Assembly (NCBI GenBank): GCA_963716725.1
Contig: CAVQUB010000005.1
Coordinates: forward strand, 160,001-224,000
DNA: 64,000 nt
Reading direction: 5' to 3'
DNA from: an uncultured delta proteobacterium
GTDB taxonomy: Bacteria > Myxococcota_A > Polyangia > Polyangiales > Polyangiaceae
Shown: positions 28,832 to 38,855 of the stretch, piece after piece
Layout of the letters: every line of letters starts with the position of its first letter
How positions within the stretch are numbered: the first letter of the stretch is position 1
The notes under the pieces: model-generated
Databases searched by the model: none
Told to the model about the DNA's origin: nothing
Seen by the model: only the letters and a program-made list of their open reading frames with translations
Position numbers and translations under genes: made by a program

Positions 28832-30244
28832 CTAACGCAGGTAGGGATTGGATTCGGAGATCCCATCGGGCGCCTTCGGCCCCGGCGGCTTGCGCGGCGC
28901 GGGCCCCGAGTCGCGTGGCCTGGGGGCGACGGTCGCTGGCCCCGCGCTGGGTGCAGGGTGCGAGCTCGACGACGGCACGACCGCCACGGGCTGGGAGTCG
29001 CGCGGCGCCGAACTCGCTGACTCTGGCGGCGCTGCGAGCCGAGCCGCGCTTTCGAGCGGACTCGCCATCGGCTCCGACCCAGCTAAAGGCGCGTTCGACG
29101 ACGAGCGGCTCGCCAGAACGAAGGCCACGGCCGCGGCGATGCCCGCCACTCCGACCAAGCCCCAGGTCCTCGCCTTGCGTCCCGCCGAGTGCTTGCGTCC
29201 GATCTGGGTCGGGCCCGTCGAGGTCACCTCCGCGGATGCCGTGACAACGCCCGCGTGCGGCAGCGCTCCCGACTGCAGCAGCGCGGCCAACCTCGAGCGG
29301 CGTTCGGCCAGCTCCGCGCCGGTCAGCTCCTCGAGCATCAGAGCGACCTCGGCGTGTGTTGCGAGCCAGCCCGTGTCGCGGGCTATTTGCTCGATCGCGT
29401 CCGCCATTTCCCGAGCGCTGCCGAATCGATCTTCGGGCTGCTTGGCGCAAGCGCGGGCGACCAATGCTTCGATCCGAGGGGCCACGACCAGCGCACCCTG
29501 TGAAATGGCCGGCAGAGTTTCGCTCATCACCAGCTGCACCAATTGTCCTTCGCTGGCGCCCGGCCAGAGGTCGCGGCCCGCGAGCATGAGCCAGAGAGTC
29601 AGTCCCAGCGAATAGATGTCGAGACGAGCGTCGACGCGCCCGCGCCGCAAGTATTCGGGAGGCATGTACAGGAGCTTGCCGATCAAATATTGCTCGTCGG
29701 TCACCACCGATCCGAACGCGCTCTTGGCGATACCGAAGTCCGCAATCCGTGCCACCCCTTCGCGCCCGATGAGCACGTTCTGCAACGAGACGTCGCGGTG
29801 CAGCATCTGCAGGTGCCTCCCGGCGGAGTCAGTGGCTTCGTGCACGGCCTGAAGGCCCGCCAGAACGTCGAGCGCGATGCGCAAGGCCACCGGCGGCGGG
29901 AGCTGGCGCCCGCGCAGCGCCGCGCGATCGACGAGCTCGTCCAAGCTCGCGCCTTCCACGTAGTCGAGCACCAGATACGGGCCGGCATCGTCGCGACCGA
30001 CCTGTTGCGTGCCCACGACGTTGGCGTGACGCACGTGAGCGGCCAAACGCGCCTCGTTCATGAAGCGTTCGACGGCTTCCGGAACGCCGAGCAAGTGCGG
30101 ATGGAGGCGCTTGACCACGACCAGGCGCTCGAAGCGATCCGCACCCAGGGCGCGTGAGAGAAAAGCCGCGCCCATTCCGCCCCGTCCCAGCTCGAAGAGC
30201 GGTTGGTATGCGCCGATCGGCTCGAGCGGCGGGGAGCCCACCAT
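28832..30244 (-). CDS. Hanks-type Ser/Thr protein kinase with TM helix
   Basis: LGRGGMG, VVVK, HRDVSLQN, DFG, YMPPE; C-terminal NPY. Confidence 0.95.
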   Translation of the reverse strand: MVGSPPLEPIGAYQPLFELGRGGMGAAFLSRALGADRFERLVVVKRLHPHLLGVPEAVERFMNEARLAAHVRHANVVGTQQVGRDDAGPYLVLDYVEGASLDELVDRAALRGRQLPPPVALRIALDVLAGLQAVHEATDSAGRHLQMLHRDVSLQNVLIGREGVARIADFGIAKSAFGSVVTDEQYLIGKLLYMPPEYLRRGRVDARLDIYSLGLTLWLMLAGRDLWPGASEGQLVQLVMSETLPAISQGALVVAPRIEALVARACAKQPEDRFGSAREMADAIEQIARDTGWLATHAEVALMLEELTGAELAERRSRLAALLQSGALPHAGVVTASAEVTSTGPTQIGRKHSAGRKARTWGLVGVAGIAAAVAFVLASRSSSNAPLAGSEPMASPLESAARLAAPPESASSAPRDSQPVAVVPSSSSHPAPSAGPATVAPRPRDSGPAPRKPPGPKAPDGISESNPYLR

Positions 30245-31179
30245 CAGAAGCGACCCGAGAGGTGCAAGCCGACCGCGCCCGCGCCGCTTCGGGGTGAGGG
30301 GGCTGCACGACCGCCGCTCCAGTCGACCCAGGCCACGCCCGCGTAACCCGTGGCCGCGCCGACCAGCAGCGATCCGGCCAGCAAGATGTCGGTGCGCCGC
30401 ACGCGCCCGCGCACGGCGTCCACTTCTTCGGAGCTGGGTTGAGCCGGCAGGTCGTCGCGTCCCTTCAGCGCATCGAGGCCCGACCAGGTGGTCACGCCAG
30501 CCAGCACGACGGTCACCGCGGCGCCCACGTAGAAGATCGCGGGGGAGAGCGGGCGAGTCGAGTCGGCAGGCGCTCCGGGAGTGGGCGGGGCCGCCCGGCG
30601 CGTCGGCGAAACCGGCGCGCGCTCGCCGCGCTCCACGCGGATGCGCAGATGGAGCGCGTAGCTGCCGCCTGCGACCGTCCGCAGCTCTTCTCGGACCTGA
30701 GACGTCCCATGCGACGCGACGGCCTGGTGGGTGCCTGGGAGCAACCACTCTTGCCCCGCGGGCAGCACCTCGTCGCCGACGCGGATCTCGCAAGGGGCAG
30801 GCTCGCAGCTGAGGCGGACGCGAGCCAGGTGCGGCGCCGCGGCGGCCAGCGCTTCCCGAGCCTTGGCCTTCACGTCCGCGCTGGCCTCTCGCCGCCGCTC
30901 CGCGCGTTCGGCTGCACGCGCCACCAGCAAATGCTCTCCCGCTTTGCGTCCAGCTGCGATGGCGTTGCCGAGGGCGTCGTCGCTGGCTTCAATGGAGTCC
31001 GCACGGAAGAAGGCTCGGGCCGCTGCTGCAAAGTCGGAGCGTTGATAGAGCTTCAGTCCCACCTCGAACTCCGCCGCCGCCCGCGTTCGATCGTCCGCAG
31101 CTTGGGCCTCGGCCCCTCGTGGACCCGAAACGGAGACCAGCGCCATCACGGCCAAGTGGGGGAGGATGCGGAAGACCAT
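30244..31179 (-). CDS. Exported TPR / PEGA-like protein
   Basis: Signal peptide, TPR-like helices, beta domain, hydrophobic C-terminus; TGATG overlap with the kinase. Confidence 0.7.
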   Translation of the reverse strand: MVFRILPHLAVMALVSVSGPRGAEAQAADDRTRAAAEFEVGLKLYQRSDFAAAARAFFRADSIEASDDALGNAIAAGRKAGEHLLVARAAERAERRREASADVKAKAREALAAAAPHLARVRLSCEPAPCEIRVGDEVLPAGQEWLLPGTHQAVASHGTSQVREELRTVAGGSYALHLRIRVERGERAPVSPTRRAAPPTPGAPADSTRPLSPAIFYVGAAVTVVLAGVTTWSGLDALKGRDDLPAQPSSEEVDAVRGRVRRTDILLAGSLLVGAATGYAGVAWVDWSGGRAAPSPRSGAGAVGLHLSGRF

Positions 31180-31197
31180 CTGCGCTACCCTGGACTC

Positions 31198-31704
31198 GTG
31201 CATTCCTCGAAGTGGGCAGTCTTTGCCTTCGTCGCGTCGGCTCCTGCCTGCGCGCTGATCATCGATCTTCCCGAGGGCCACGACAAGTCGGCTGCGGGCG
31301 GCGCCGGCGGCAGCAGTGGAGACAGCGCCGCTGGCGGCGGGGGCGGCGTGTGCAAGACCCCCTGCGACTGCGACGAGGACGGCGTGAAGAGTGTTGCGTG
31401 CGCGGGCACCGACTGTGCTGACGATGACGCGAATGTGAAACCCGGTCAAATCATCCACTTCATCGATGCGAGCTCGAACCCCAGCATCGGATTCGATTTC
31501 GACTGCTCCGGGGCCGCCGAGCGCGAGCACGACACGCCAGTCAAGTGCTTGGGGCTCGCCCTCGTGGCGTGCGACACGAAGACTCAAGGGTTTCTCGAAA
31601 CCCTTCCTCCCTGCGGCCAGAGCGGCGACTGGGGCACGTGCAAGAAAGGCACGGTCGCCTGTGAGAAAGACGTCGTTCAGAGCAAACCCATGGCCTGCAA
31701 GTGA
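31198..31704 (+). CDS. Cys/Asp-rich lipoprotein (putative metal-binding motif)
   Basis: APA-C lipobox-like; DCDEDG, DCADDDANVKPG, FDFDCSG. Confidence 0.7.
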   Translation: MHSSKWAVFAFVASAPACALIIDLPEGHDKSAAGGAGGSSGDSAAGGGGGVCKTPCDCDEDGVKSVACAGTDCADDDANVKPGQIIHFIDASSNPSIGFDFDCSGAAEREHDTPVKCLGLALVACDTKTQGFLETLPPCGQSGDWGTCKKGTVACEKDVVQSKPMACK

Positions 31705-31785
31705 CCAGGCACTGGGCCGGAGGCTCTCGTCGACCACCAAACCATGCAATGAGCGCGGGGCGCGCCCTTTCAACTTACTATCGAA

Positions 31786-32340
31786 TCACGCCGCTTCGGC
31801 CAACACTGGCGCGATCGTCTCGCGCAGCCGCTCGGCGAGCAGGCGGCGCCCGCGGAACAGCCGACTCATGACCGTGCCCACCGGCACGCCGAGGATCGCG
31901 GCGGCGTCTTTGTACGATCGCTCGTCGAGATCCACGAGGCGAACGACTTCACCGAATTGACGAGGCAGGTCGCGGAGCGCACCTTCGACTCGGGGCGACA
32001 GGTGTTGCATCACCGGCGCCGATTCGGAGTGGGTCCACGAACACGGATCGTGGGTCAGCGACTCCAGCGCCCGACGCTCGCGGCGCAGGCGACGGCAGCG
32101 GGTCACGAACACGCTGAACAGCACCTGCTGCATCCAGGCGCGCAGGTTCGTGCCCGGCTGGTAGGTCGACTCGAAGCGCAACGCCCGCTCGACCGTGTCG
32201 GCCACGAGATCCTGCGCCTCGGTGGGGTTCATGCTCAGCTTGAGCGCGCGCGCTCGGAGCGCGGGCAACAGGGCCGCGATCTCGTCGCGCAGGGGGCGGT
32301 GCGTGGGGGCGGTGGCGAAGCTCGAAGGGTTGCTGAACAT
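31786..32340 (-). CDS. ECF RNA polymerase sigma factor
   Basis: EAQDLVADT, NLRAW, SYKDAAAILGVPVGTVMSRLFRGR. Confidence 0.93.
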   Translation of the reverse strand: MFSNPSSFATAPTHRPLRDEIAALLPALRARALKLSMNPTEAQDLVADTVERALRFESTYQPGTNLRAWMQQVLFSVFVTRCRRLRRERRALESLTHDPCSWTHSESAPVMQHLSPRVEGALRDLPRQFGEVVRLVDLDERSYKDAAAILGVPVGTVMSRLFRGRRLLAERLRETIAPVLAEAA

Positions 32341-32454
32341 CGTGGGGCGTTTCCTCTGGCCCGACCCCATCGCAAGCCACGTGCCAGCCCCGAGATCGCT
32401 GGATTTGCGCTGTTTCCTCGATGATCGTGCGTCCACGAGGACGCACGGGGCGTG

Positions 32455-34014
32455 TCAATCTGGCATCTTCTCCGCCGCGCCTGCCAAGCGGGCAAGCGCG
32501 TCGGGGATGCCGTCGGCCACTTCGCGAGCGATCAGCCCTCGGTCGGCGCCGGTCGCCTCGGCCCAAGCTTCTGCCGCACACGCATGAACGTGCGCGCCGA
32601 AGATCGCCGCGAAGCGCGGCGGCAGGTGTTTGGCGAAGGCCGCGATGACCCCCGCGAGCACGTCGCCTGCGCCGGCCGTGGCCAGTGCTGGCGAACCGGC
32701 GGCCGTCACCAGCGTCGTCTCCCCGGGCGCTGCCACCAGCGTGCGAGCGCCCTTCAAGAGCACGACCGCTCCGGTCAACTCTGCCGCGCGCGCCACGGCG
32801 GTGTAGCGATCGCGCTCGACCTCGGCCGCGCTGGTCCCGAGCAGACGCCCCAGCTCGGCGGGGTGCGGCGTGAGGATCAGCCGCCCGCGCGCCCGGGCGA
32901 GCTCGACTCCGCGCCCTTCGAATGCGCTCAGCGCATCGGCGTCGACGACCTTGACGCCGTCCCAGGTCGCGACCACGTGCTCGGCGACGCGACGCGCGCG
33001 ATCCGACAGGCCGAGACCCGGACCGACGACCACCACGCTTGCGCGCGAGAGCGCTTGGTCGAGCGACGCCTCGATGGCGTCGGGATTGATGCGCGTGGTC
33101 ATCTCTTCGAGCACGCGCGCGTCGAGGGCGTCCGCCGCTTCCGGGAAGGCGCAGATGGTGGCGAGGCCAGCGCCGGCACGCAGCGCGCCGCGCGCCACCA
33201 ACAGCGCGGCGCCGGACTTCCCGGGCGAACCGGCCACTGCGAACACGTGCCCCGCGGTGCCCTTGTGGGCCGCTACGCTGCGGGGCACAAAGAGCTCGCG
33301 TGCGTCGTCGTCGTCGAACAGGAGCGCGGAGCAACCGACTTCGCGATAGAGCTCGCCTGGAACGCCGATGTCCACCACGTGCACGTCGCCCGCGTGTTCG
33401 GCCCCGCTCGGAGTGAGCAAGCCCGTCTTGAGGTGGGCGAAGGTGATGGTGGCCTCGGCGCGCACCGCGACGCCGAGCACCGCGCCGGTGTTCGCGTCGA
33501 GCCCCGACGGCAGATCGAGGGAGAAGGTTCGCGCGTCGCATTCGAGGATCGCCTCGATGACTCGCGCGAGGTTGCCTTGGACGTCGCGATCGAGGCCGGT
33601 GCCGAGCAGCGCGTCGACGACGACGTCCGTCGGACCGAGTGACGCGAGGGCCGCAGCCAGCGCCATCACACCGGCGTCATCCATTGCCGACGTCACGCGA
33701 CCGCCGAGCCCTCGCCAAGCGTCGTGGTTCGCGCGAGCGTCTCCGCCGAGCTGCTGCGGATCTGCCACGAGAAACAGCTCCGCCGTATGCCCAGCCGTCA
33801 AGAGCCTCCGCGCCACGACGAAGCCGTCGCCGCCGTTGTTGCCCGGCCCGGCGACCACCACCACCTTGCCTTGGGAACCCTCGAGTGCGCGCAAGATCAC
33901 ACTGGCGGCGTTGCGCCCTGCGTTCTCCATGAGCACCAGGCTCGGCACGCGACACACTTCGATGGCGTGACGATCGAAGTCTCGGATTTGCTCTCGGGAA
34001 AGAACCGGGATCAT
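32455..34014 (-). CDS. nnr: Bifunctional NAD(P)H-hydrate epimerase/dehydratase
   Basis: LMENAG, GPGNNGGDG, DALLGTG, HKG, VDADAL, TPHPAE, LATAGAGDVLAG. Confidence 0.95.
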   Translation of the reverse strand: MIPVLSREQIRDFDRHAIEVCRVPSLVLMENAGRNAASVILRALEGSQGKVVVVAGPGNNGGDGFVVARRLLTAGHTAELFLVADPQQLGGDARANHDAWRGLGGRVTSAMDDAGVMALAAALASLGPTDVVVDALLGTGLDRDVQGNLARVIEAILECDARTFSLDLPSGLDANTGAVLGVAVRAEATITFAHLKTGLLTPSGAEHAGDVHVVDIGVPGELYREVGCSALLFDDDDARELFVPRSVAAHKGTAGHVFAVAGSPGKSGAALLVARGALRAGAGLATICAFPEAADALDARVLEEMTTRINPDAIEASLDQALSRASVVVVGPGLGLSDRARRVAEHVVATWDGVKVVDADALSAFEGRGVELARARGRLILTPHPAELGRLLGTSAAEVERDRYTAVARAAELTGAVVLLKGARTLVAAPGETTLVTAAGSPALATAGAGDVLAGVIAAFAKHLPPRFAAIFGAHVHACAAEAWAEATGADRGLIAREVADGIPDALARLAGAAEKMPD

Positions 34015-34016
34015 CT

Positions 34017-34391
34017 TCACCTCTCGAGCACGACGACCGCGGCGGCGACCCCGGCGTCGTGGCTGATGGAAACGAGCGAGCGCGTGACGCCGAGATCCAT
34101 CAAATAGGGCAGCGCGGGGCCGTGCGCCACGATCTCGGGGGCGCCGCTCGGGCTCCGGCGCACCTCGACGTCTTGCCACCACACGTCTCGGGGCGCGCCC
34201 AGCGCCTTGCTGAAGGCCTCTTTCGCGGCGAAGCGTCCGGCGAGGGCCGCGGCGCGGTCGGCGTGGCGGGCCGCCAGCTCCACCCGCTCGCGCGGCGTCA
34301 GGACTCGCGCCCAGAACTTCTCGCCGAAGCGCCCCAGGGCGCTCTCGATGCGCGCGACACTGCACACGTCGATGCCCAAGCCGACGATCAT
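34017..34391 (-). CDS. acpS: Holo-ACP synthase
   Basis: GLGIDV, FAAKEAFSKALG, VSISH. Confidence 0.95.
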   Translation of the reverse strand: MIVGLGIDVCSVARIESALGRFGEKFWARVLTPRERVELAARHADRAAALAGRFAAKEAFSKALGAPRDVWWQDVEVRRSPSGAPEIVAHGPALPYLMDLGVTRSLVSISHDAGVAAAVVVLER

Positions 34392-35122
34392 GAGCCCCTT
34401 TTGGCGACGCCCCGCGCGATGGCCAGCTTGAAATCTCGGACCGCCTTGCCGAGCCCGCCGAACACCGCGTCGGCGATCACCGCGTGGCCGATGTTGAGCT
34501 CGACGATGGGTCCGATGGCGGCGACGTCCACCAGGTTGTGTCGGGTGAGACCGTGCCCTGCGGCCACTTCGAGCCCCAGCTCCGCGCCGCGGATCGCGCC
34601 GGCCTTCAGGCGTGCGAGCTCGGCGAGTCGGGCCTCGCCGCTCAGGTGACAATACTCGCCGGTGTGCAGCTCGATCTGCGCGGCGCCGACGGCCTTGCTG
34701 GCGGCGATCTGATCGAGGTCCGGCGCGATGAACAAGCTCAGCCGGATCCCGACCTCGCTGCACATCGTGGCGACCTTCTCGATGGCTTTCCGCGCGTTCT
34801 TCACGTCGAGGCCGCCTTCGGTCGTGCGCTCCTCGCGCCGCTCGGGCACCAGCGTGATCACGTCCGGGCGGATGCGCCGCGCGATCTCGGTCATCTCGTC
34901 CGTCGCCGCCATCTCGAGGTTCATGATGGTGTCGATGGAGGCCCGCATGCGCTCGACGTCCTCGTCCCGAATGTGGCGACGGTCCTCGCGCAGGTGCAGC
35001 GTGATGCCGTCGGCGCCGGCCCGCTCGCAGAGCTGCGCGGCGAAGACCGGATCGGGGTAGCGCGTGCCCCGGGCGTTGCGCAGGGTCGCGACGTGGTCAA
35101 TGTTCACGTGAAAGCGGATCAC
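34388..35122 (-). CDS. pdxJ: Pyridoxine 5'-phosphate synthase
   Basis: VNIDHVATLR, HLREDRRHI, IELHTG, AGHGL, ELNIGH. Confidence 0.98.
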   Translation of the reverse strand: MIRFHVNIDHVATLRNARGTRYPDPVFAAQLCERAGADGITLHLREDRRHIRDEDVERMRASIDTIMNLEMAATDEMTEIARRIRPDVITLVPERREERTTEGGLDVKNARKAIEKVATMCSEVGIRLSLFIAPDLDQIAASKAVGAAQIELHTGEYCHLSGEARLAELARLKAGAIRGAELGLEVAAGHGLTRHNLVDVAAIGPIVELNIGHAVIADAVFGGLGKAVRDFKLAIARGVAKRGS

Positions 35123-35202
35123 GGCGGCACCATACGCTTTTGCCCTGGGAATAGGGTGGACAAGGTCCCCCCTCCGGCTATGCTTCCGAGGGGAGGGAAA
35201 TC

Positions 35203-35574
35203 ATGCTTCGATGGATCTCGCTCGTGCTCTGCGCCGGCGCGTTCGCCTGCGCCAGCGACTCGCAGGAAGCCGCCGACACGGACTCCGGATTGAACGGCAA
35301 CGTGACGCCCTGCGTGCACACCACCACGGACTCGGTCGCGCGGAGGGACTCCGACACCTTGCCGACCGGTGCGTGCACCCCGGATCCGGACGAGCCGGAG
35401 TGCAAGCTCGTCCTCCGAGATTGCCCGTGTGTGAACGTGCAGTCGCCGCGGAGCCTTTACACCTGCACCTGCACCGGCGGCAGCTGGTCCTGCACGCTCA
35501 CCTCTCAAGACTTGGGCGCGTGTCCCGCTCCGGACTCGGGTTCTTGCGAGCTGGGCGACGCCGGGGGCGGCTGA
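35203..35574 (+). CDS. Small Cys-rich lipoprotein
   Basis: RBS, lipobox AFA-C. Confidence 0.7.
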   Translation: MLRWISLVLCAGAFACASDSQEAADTDSGLNGNVTPCVHTTTDSVARRDSDTLPTGACTPDPDEPECKLVLRDCPCVNVQSPRSLYTCTCTGGSWSCTLTSQDLGACPAPDSGSCELGDAGGG

Positions 35575-35604
35575 GGCCCAATCCGCTACGTTGGCTGGGT
35601 GAGG

Positions 35605-35907
35605 CTACAGTCCGAGAGCAAAGCGCAGCGCATCGTCGAGTTGCTGCAGCTTCGACGCGCTGAGACTGCCTCCTCGCTCGATCAAGTCCTCCTTGGGAAC
35701 CGTCACCAGCCAATCACAATTGACCACACCCATCCGGGGCAGACCCTCCGCCCGCCCGATTTTGACCTCCACTGCGAAGCCGCGAATGGTCGTGGTCACC
35801 GGTGCGACAATCACCAGCGCGCGGACCGCATAGGCTTCGTGGCGGGAAACGAGCACCACCGGGCGTCGCTTGTCCAGGCGTGCCCACCAGACTTCTCCGC
35901 GCCTCAC
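35605..35907 (-). CDS. mazF: PemK/MazF family toxin
   Basis: RRGEVWW, KRRPVVLVS, VAPVTT, LDDALRFALGL. Confidence 0.92.
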   Translation of the reverse strand: MRRGEVWWARLDKRRPVVLVSRHEAYAVRALVIVAPVTTTIRGFAVEVKIGRAEGLPRMGVVNCDWLVTVPKEDLIERGGSLSASKLQQLDDALRFALGL

Positions 35908-36170
35908 GCCTCGTCCCAAGGCAGTTGGGCGATCGATCGCCGCGCGAGCTTCCGAGCTTCGGTCACCTGCCGCGGGCTCTCCGGTACGGCCCGGTAGGCC
36001 TCGACGTACCGCTCGATCTCTCGCTCACGGGCCTCGATCTGCAGCAATTGTCGCAGGGCGCGTCCGAGCAGGGCGCTGCGCGTCTCCCCAGTCGCCTTCC
36101 TGAGCCGCTCGGCCTGCGCGAGAAGGTCACCGTCCAGGCTGACTCCGATCTTTTCGGCCTTCGCGCTCAC
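35904..36170 (-). CDS. RHH/CopG antitoxin (MazE-like)
   Basis: KIGVSLDGDLLAQAE...TRSALL; GTGA overlap with mazF. Confidence 0.85.
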   Translation of the reverse strand: MSAKAEKIGVSLDGDLLAQAERLRKATGETRSALLGRALRQLLQIEAREREIERYVEAYRAVPESPRQVTEARKLARRSIAQLPWDEA

Positions 36171-36184
36171 GGTATGAATTTGTC

Positions 36185-36358
36185 CTACCGCGGGACCTTC
36201 GTCAAGTTGGACCCGGCCCCCGTCGCAGGCATCGCAGGCATCGCAGGCATCACCGGCGTCACCGCTTTCAGCGGCGCTCTTCGCCACGCCGGCAGCCAGA
36301 GCCGGAGCTCGTAGCCGGTCCGGCTCACCGGGATCTCTGCGTTCACCGGCGACACCCC
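36185..36358 (-). pseudogene. Short duplicate of the PMT-like gene 3' end with an alternative tail
   Basis: 36242-36358 matches about 41757-41871 (SRTGYELRLWLPAWRR), then (PAM)n from a 9-bp repeat and TAG at 36187-36185. Confidence 0.85.
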
Positions 36359-36414
36359 TCGAGTGCCCGAATGGCCGTTCCACCGATCACGTGCACCTCC
36401 GGGAAAGCCCGGCG

Positions 36415-36955
36415 CTAGGAGCCGGGAAAAAGAAAGCCATCATTCGCAAACGGCGGCGTTGCGCGCCGTTCAACAGGGGCCAGGGGACAGGCAACAGGCA
36501 ACAGGCAATGGTCCGGACGCGTGGAACGCCCGCACAGCGGCGCATCCCGCGGCTCACGCGGGCCTGCGCGGCGCGATGGCTTTGGCGCTTCGGCACGCGC
36601 AGTGCGTGCCGAAGCGCCCAGGATAGCTGCCAGCTCGTTGGCTTCGCCGAGTAGCGCCTCGGGCACTGGCCAGCCGCACCGCTCGATCAGGGCGAGCCAG
36701 TAGGCTGTTTCGCGCATCTCTTTGGCGGCGATGCTCGCCTTGTGGGCAAAGTCGTCCCGACTCTCGGCGGCACGTGCCTCCTCGTAATTGGCCCCGGCAC
36801 TGGTCGCGCAGCGGACGAGCTGCATGGCGATGTGACGACCGGCGTGACTTCTCGGGAGCCGGGCCGCGAGCAGAAGCGCAGCGGCGCCGAGCTCGAGCAA
36901 GCGTTCAGCAATGTCGCTCCCGCGCCGTAGGGACTGCCCGTTGCCGGTGGCCTGA
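36415..36955 (-). CDS. Four-helix-bundle (23S rRNA IVP-like) protein, native 5' end apparently lost
   Basis: QLVRCATSAGANYEEA...DFAHK...KEMRETAYWL...EANELAAIL. Confidence 0.85.
36471..36511. repeat. Degenerate heptamer array
   Basis: CAGGGGC CAGGGGA CAGGCAA CAGGCAA CAGGCAA TGG. Confidence 0.8.
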
Positions 36956-37066
36956 CTGATGCGCGGCGTCACCGCCGCGCGCGACGAGTTTCGGCTCATC
37001 GCGCTGACGCACAACCTGCTGAAGCTGTTCCGCTCCCGGAGCCGTCCGGCAATGCTCGCGCCATGA
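36956..37066 (+). pseudogene. IS1182/IS5-like transposase C-terminal remnant
   Basis: Own translation LMRGVTAARDEFRLIALTHNLLKLFR* matches the LRGxxxxxxExxLxxxxHNLxK terminus. Confidence 0.7.
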
Positions 37067-37220
37067 CCAACGGCGGCCGTTCCAACGCTCATGCGCTCGC
37101 TCCGCAGTCGAGCGGCCGTTCGAGCGACTCAGTCGCCCGTAGCCTGGCACCGCGACCGACGGAGGCTCGCTTGCGGACGGGAGCTCGACCCCTGACGGTG
37201 GGGGAGACGCAGGCGGTGGC

Positions 37221-37793
37221 GTGTGTGGCACCGGGTTGCTCGCCGAGGTGGCCGTGCCCGGTGCGAGCGATCCGTGGCTCGCGGGGATGCCCGACGGTGC
37301 GACCGCGTCTTCGGGCGACGTCGCTCCAGACCAATCGCCGGCGCTCGCCACAGCCAGCGTCTCGGGCTGCACTCTGACCTTCTCCGTGACGGGCGGGGTG
37401 CACTTCGATCCGGGCTGTCCGCCGGCCTGCACCGGGCCCGACGGAATGGTCGGTGGCGGGGCCCATGCAGCCGGCGCCGAGAACGGGATCTCCTCCACGG
37501 TCGCGCCCTGGAACGCGCTCATGGGTGTGTTCGTGGGCAGCGACCCGCCGAACCTCACCGCTCCGCCCGACTCGCTGGACTTCCTCTCGGGGGCCCGCGA
37601 CTTCGCGCACCTCGAGCCTGAGCTGAAGCAGGTATTCTTCATCGGCGACGGCCTCACCGGGGAAGGGCTCGGAGCCACCCAGACGTTCCTGGTTCCCGAG
37701 GGCGCGACGCGACTCTACCTGGGCACCATGGACGGCTCGGGTTGGTTCAACAACAGCGGCTCCTTCGACGTGCGGGTCTACAGCGCGCCGTGA
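37221..37793 (+). CDS. Secreted-type beta domain, probably 5'-truncated
   Basis: ALMGVF, QVFFIGDG, VPEGATRLYLG, NNSGSF; no signal peptide; follows the IS remnant. Confidence 0.55.
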   Translation: MCGTGLLAEVAVPGASDPWLAGMPDGATASSGDVAPDQSPALATASVSGCTLTFSVTGGVHFDPGCPPACTGPDGMVGGGAHAAGAENGISSTVAPWNALMGVFVGSDPPNLTAPPDSLDFLSGARDFAHLEPELKQVFFIGDGLTGEGLGATQTFLVPEGATRLYLGTMDGSGWFNNSGSFDVRVYSAP

Positions 37794-38103
37794 GCGCAGG
37801 TGCTGCGACGGCGCTCCGGGCTCGACGGTCGACCGCGTCACGGACGTTGGGCGAGCCTGAGCCGGTCTCGTAGCGCGTGGTACATCGGGACGGTCCTCGA
37901 TAGATCGATTTCCGCCCGTGCAGGCACCCAGGTCCGGATTAGGCTCCACCGGTTGAACTGCTGGCGCGAGCCCAACACGGTTGCTTCGGCGCACTCGGTG
38001 ACCTTGCTCGGGCCCACTCGACAATGTCGTGCCCGCCCGCCTTTCCGAGCCCGCGGACATCCCAGGTGGCCTGGCGCCTAGTGGCTGGCTATAGTTTGCA
38101 CGC

Positions 38104-38685
38104 GTGACCGAACCGGCGAAGAAGCTCGCTACGTATCAAGACGTGCTTGCCGCGCCGCCTCATATGATCGCCGAGCTCATCGACGGGGAGTTGCGACTTC
38201 AGCCCCGGCCGGCCAAGCCCCACGCTGCCGCCGCAAGCGCGCTCGGTGAGGAGCTGGGCCCACCTTTCAAGCGCGGCCGTGGTGGACCTGGTGGCTGGGT
38301 GATCCTCGACGAGCCCGAACTGCATTTGGCCGCCGACGTTCTCGTTCCCGATCTGGGAGGTTGGCTCGTCGAACGCTTGCCTGCGCTCATCGACGACGAG
38401 CCGTTCTTTACGCTGACTCCGGATTGGGTCTGTGAGGTGCTGAGCCCGCGCACCGCGAAGTACGATCGAACCGACAAGCTGCGAATCTACGCTCGAGAGC
38501 AGGTGCCCTGGGTCTGGTTCGTCGATCCTCTGCAGCGAACGCTCGAAGTCCTGCGGCTCGAGGCGGGCAAGTGGACCGTGCTGGATACTTGGCGCGACGA
38601 CGCCACGGTACGCGCCCGACCCTTCGATGCAATCGAGCTAGAACTCGCAGCCCTCTGGCATCGGGTCGTTCTCCGAGAGCCTTGA
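38104..38685 (+). CDS. Uma2 (DUF820) family endonuclease-like protein
   Basis: AELIDGEL, LVPDL, PDWVCEVLSP, D...K...Y, WFVDP. Confidence 0.93.
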   Translation: MTEPAKKLATYQDVLAAPPHMIAELIDGELRLQPRPAKPHAAAASALGEELGPPFKRGRGGPGGWVILDEPELHLAADVLVPDLGGWLVERLPALIDDEPFFTLTPDWVCEVLSPRTAKYDRTDKLRIYAREQVPWVWFVDPLQRTLEVLRLEAGKWTVLDTWRDDATVRARPFDAIELELAALWHRVVLREP

Positions 38686-38855
38686 ACCGGACGTCGAGAT
38701 CCGGCACTACGGTTTGCTCGCACCGTGTCGCGTGTGGCAGCCAAAAACCCGTTCGAGCGGATTGTCTTGAGTACGGCCGGCGCATTGGCGCTCCTGAAGG
38801 ATACCCGGTCGGCTCGTTCGACTCGCCGCTGACAAGCATGTCCGGCCGGGCGACG

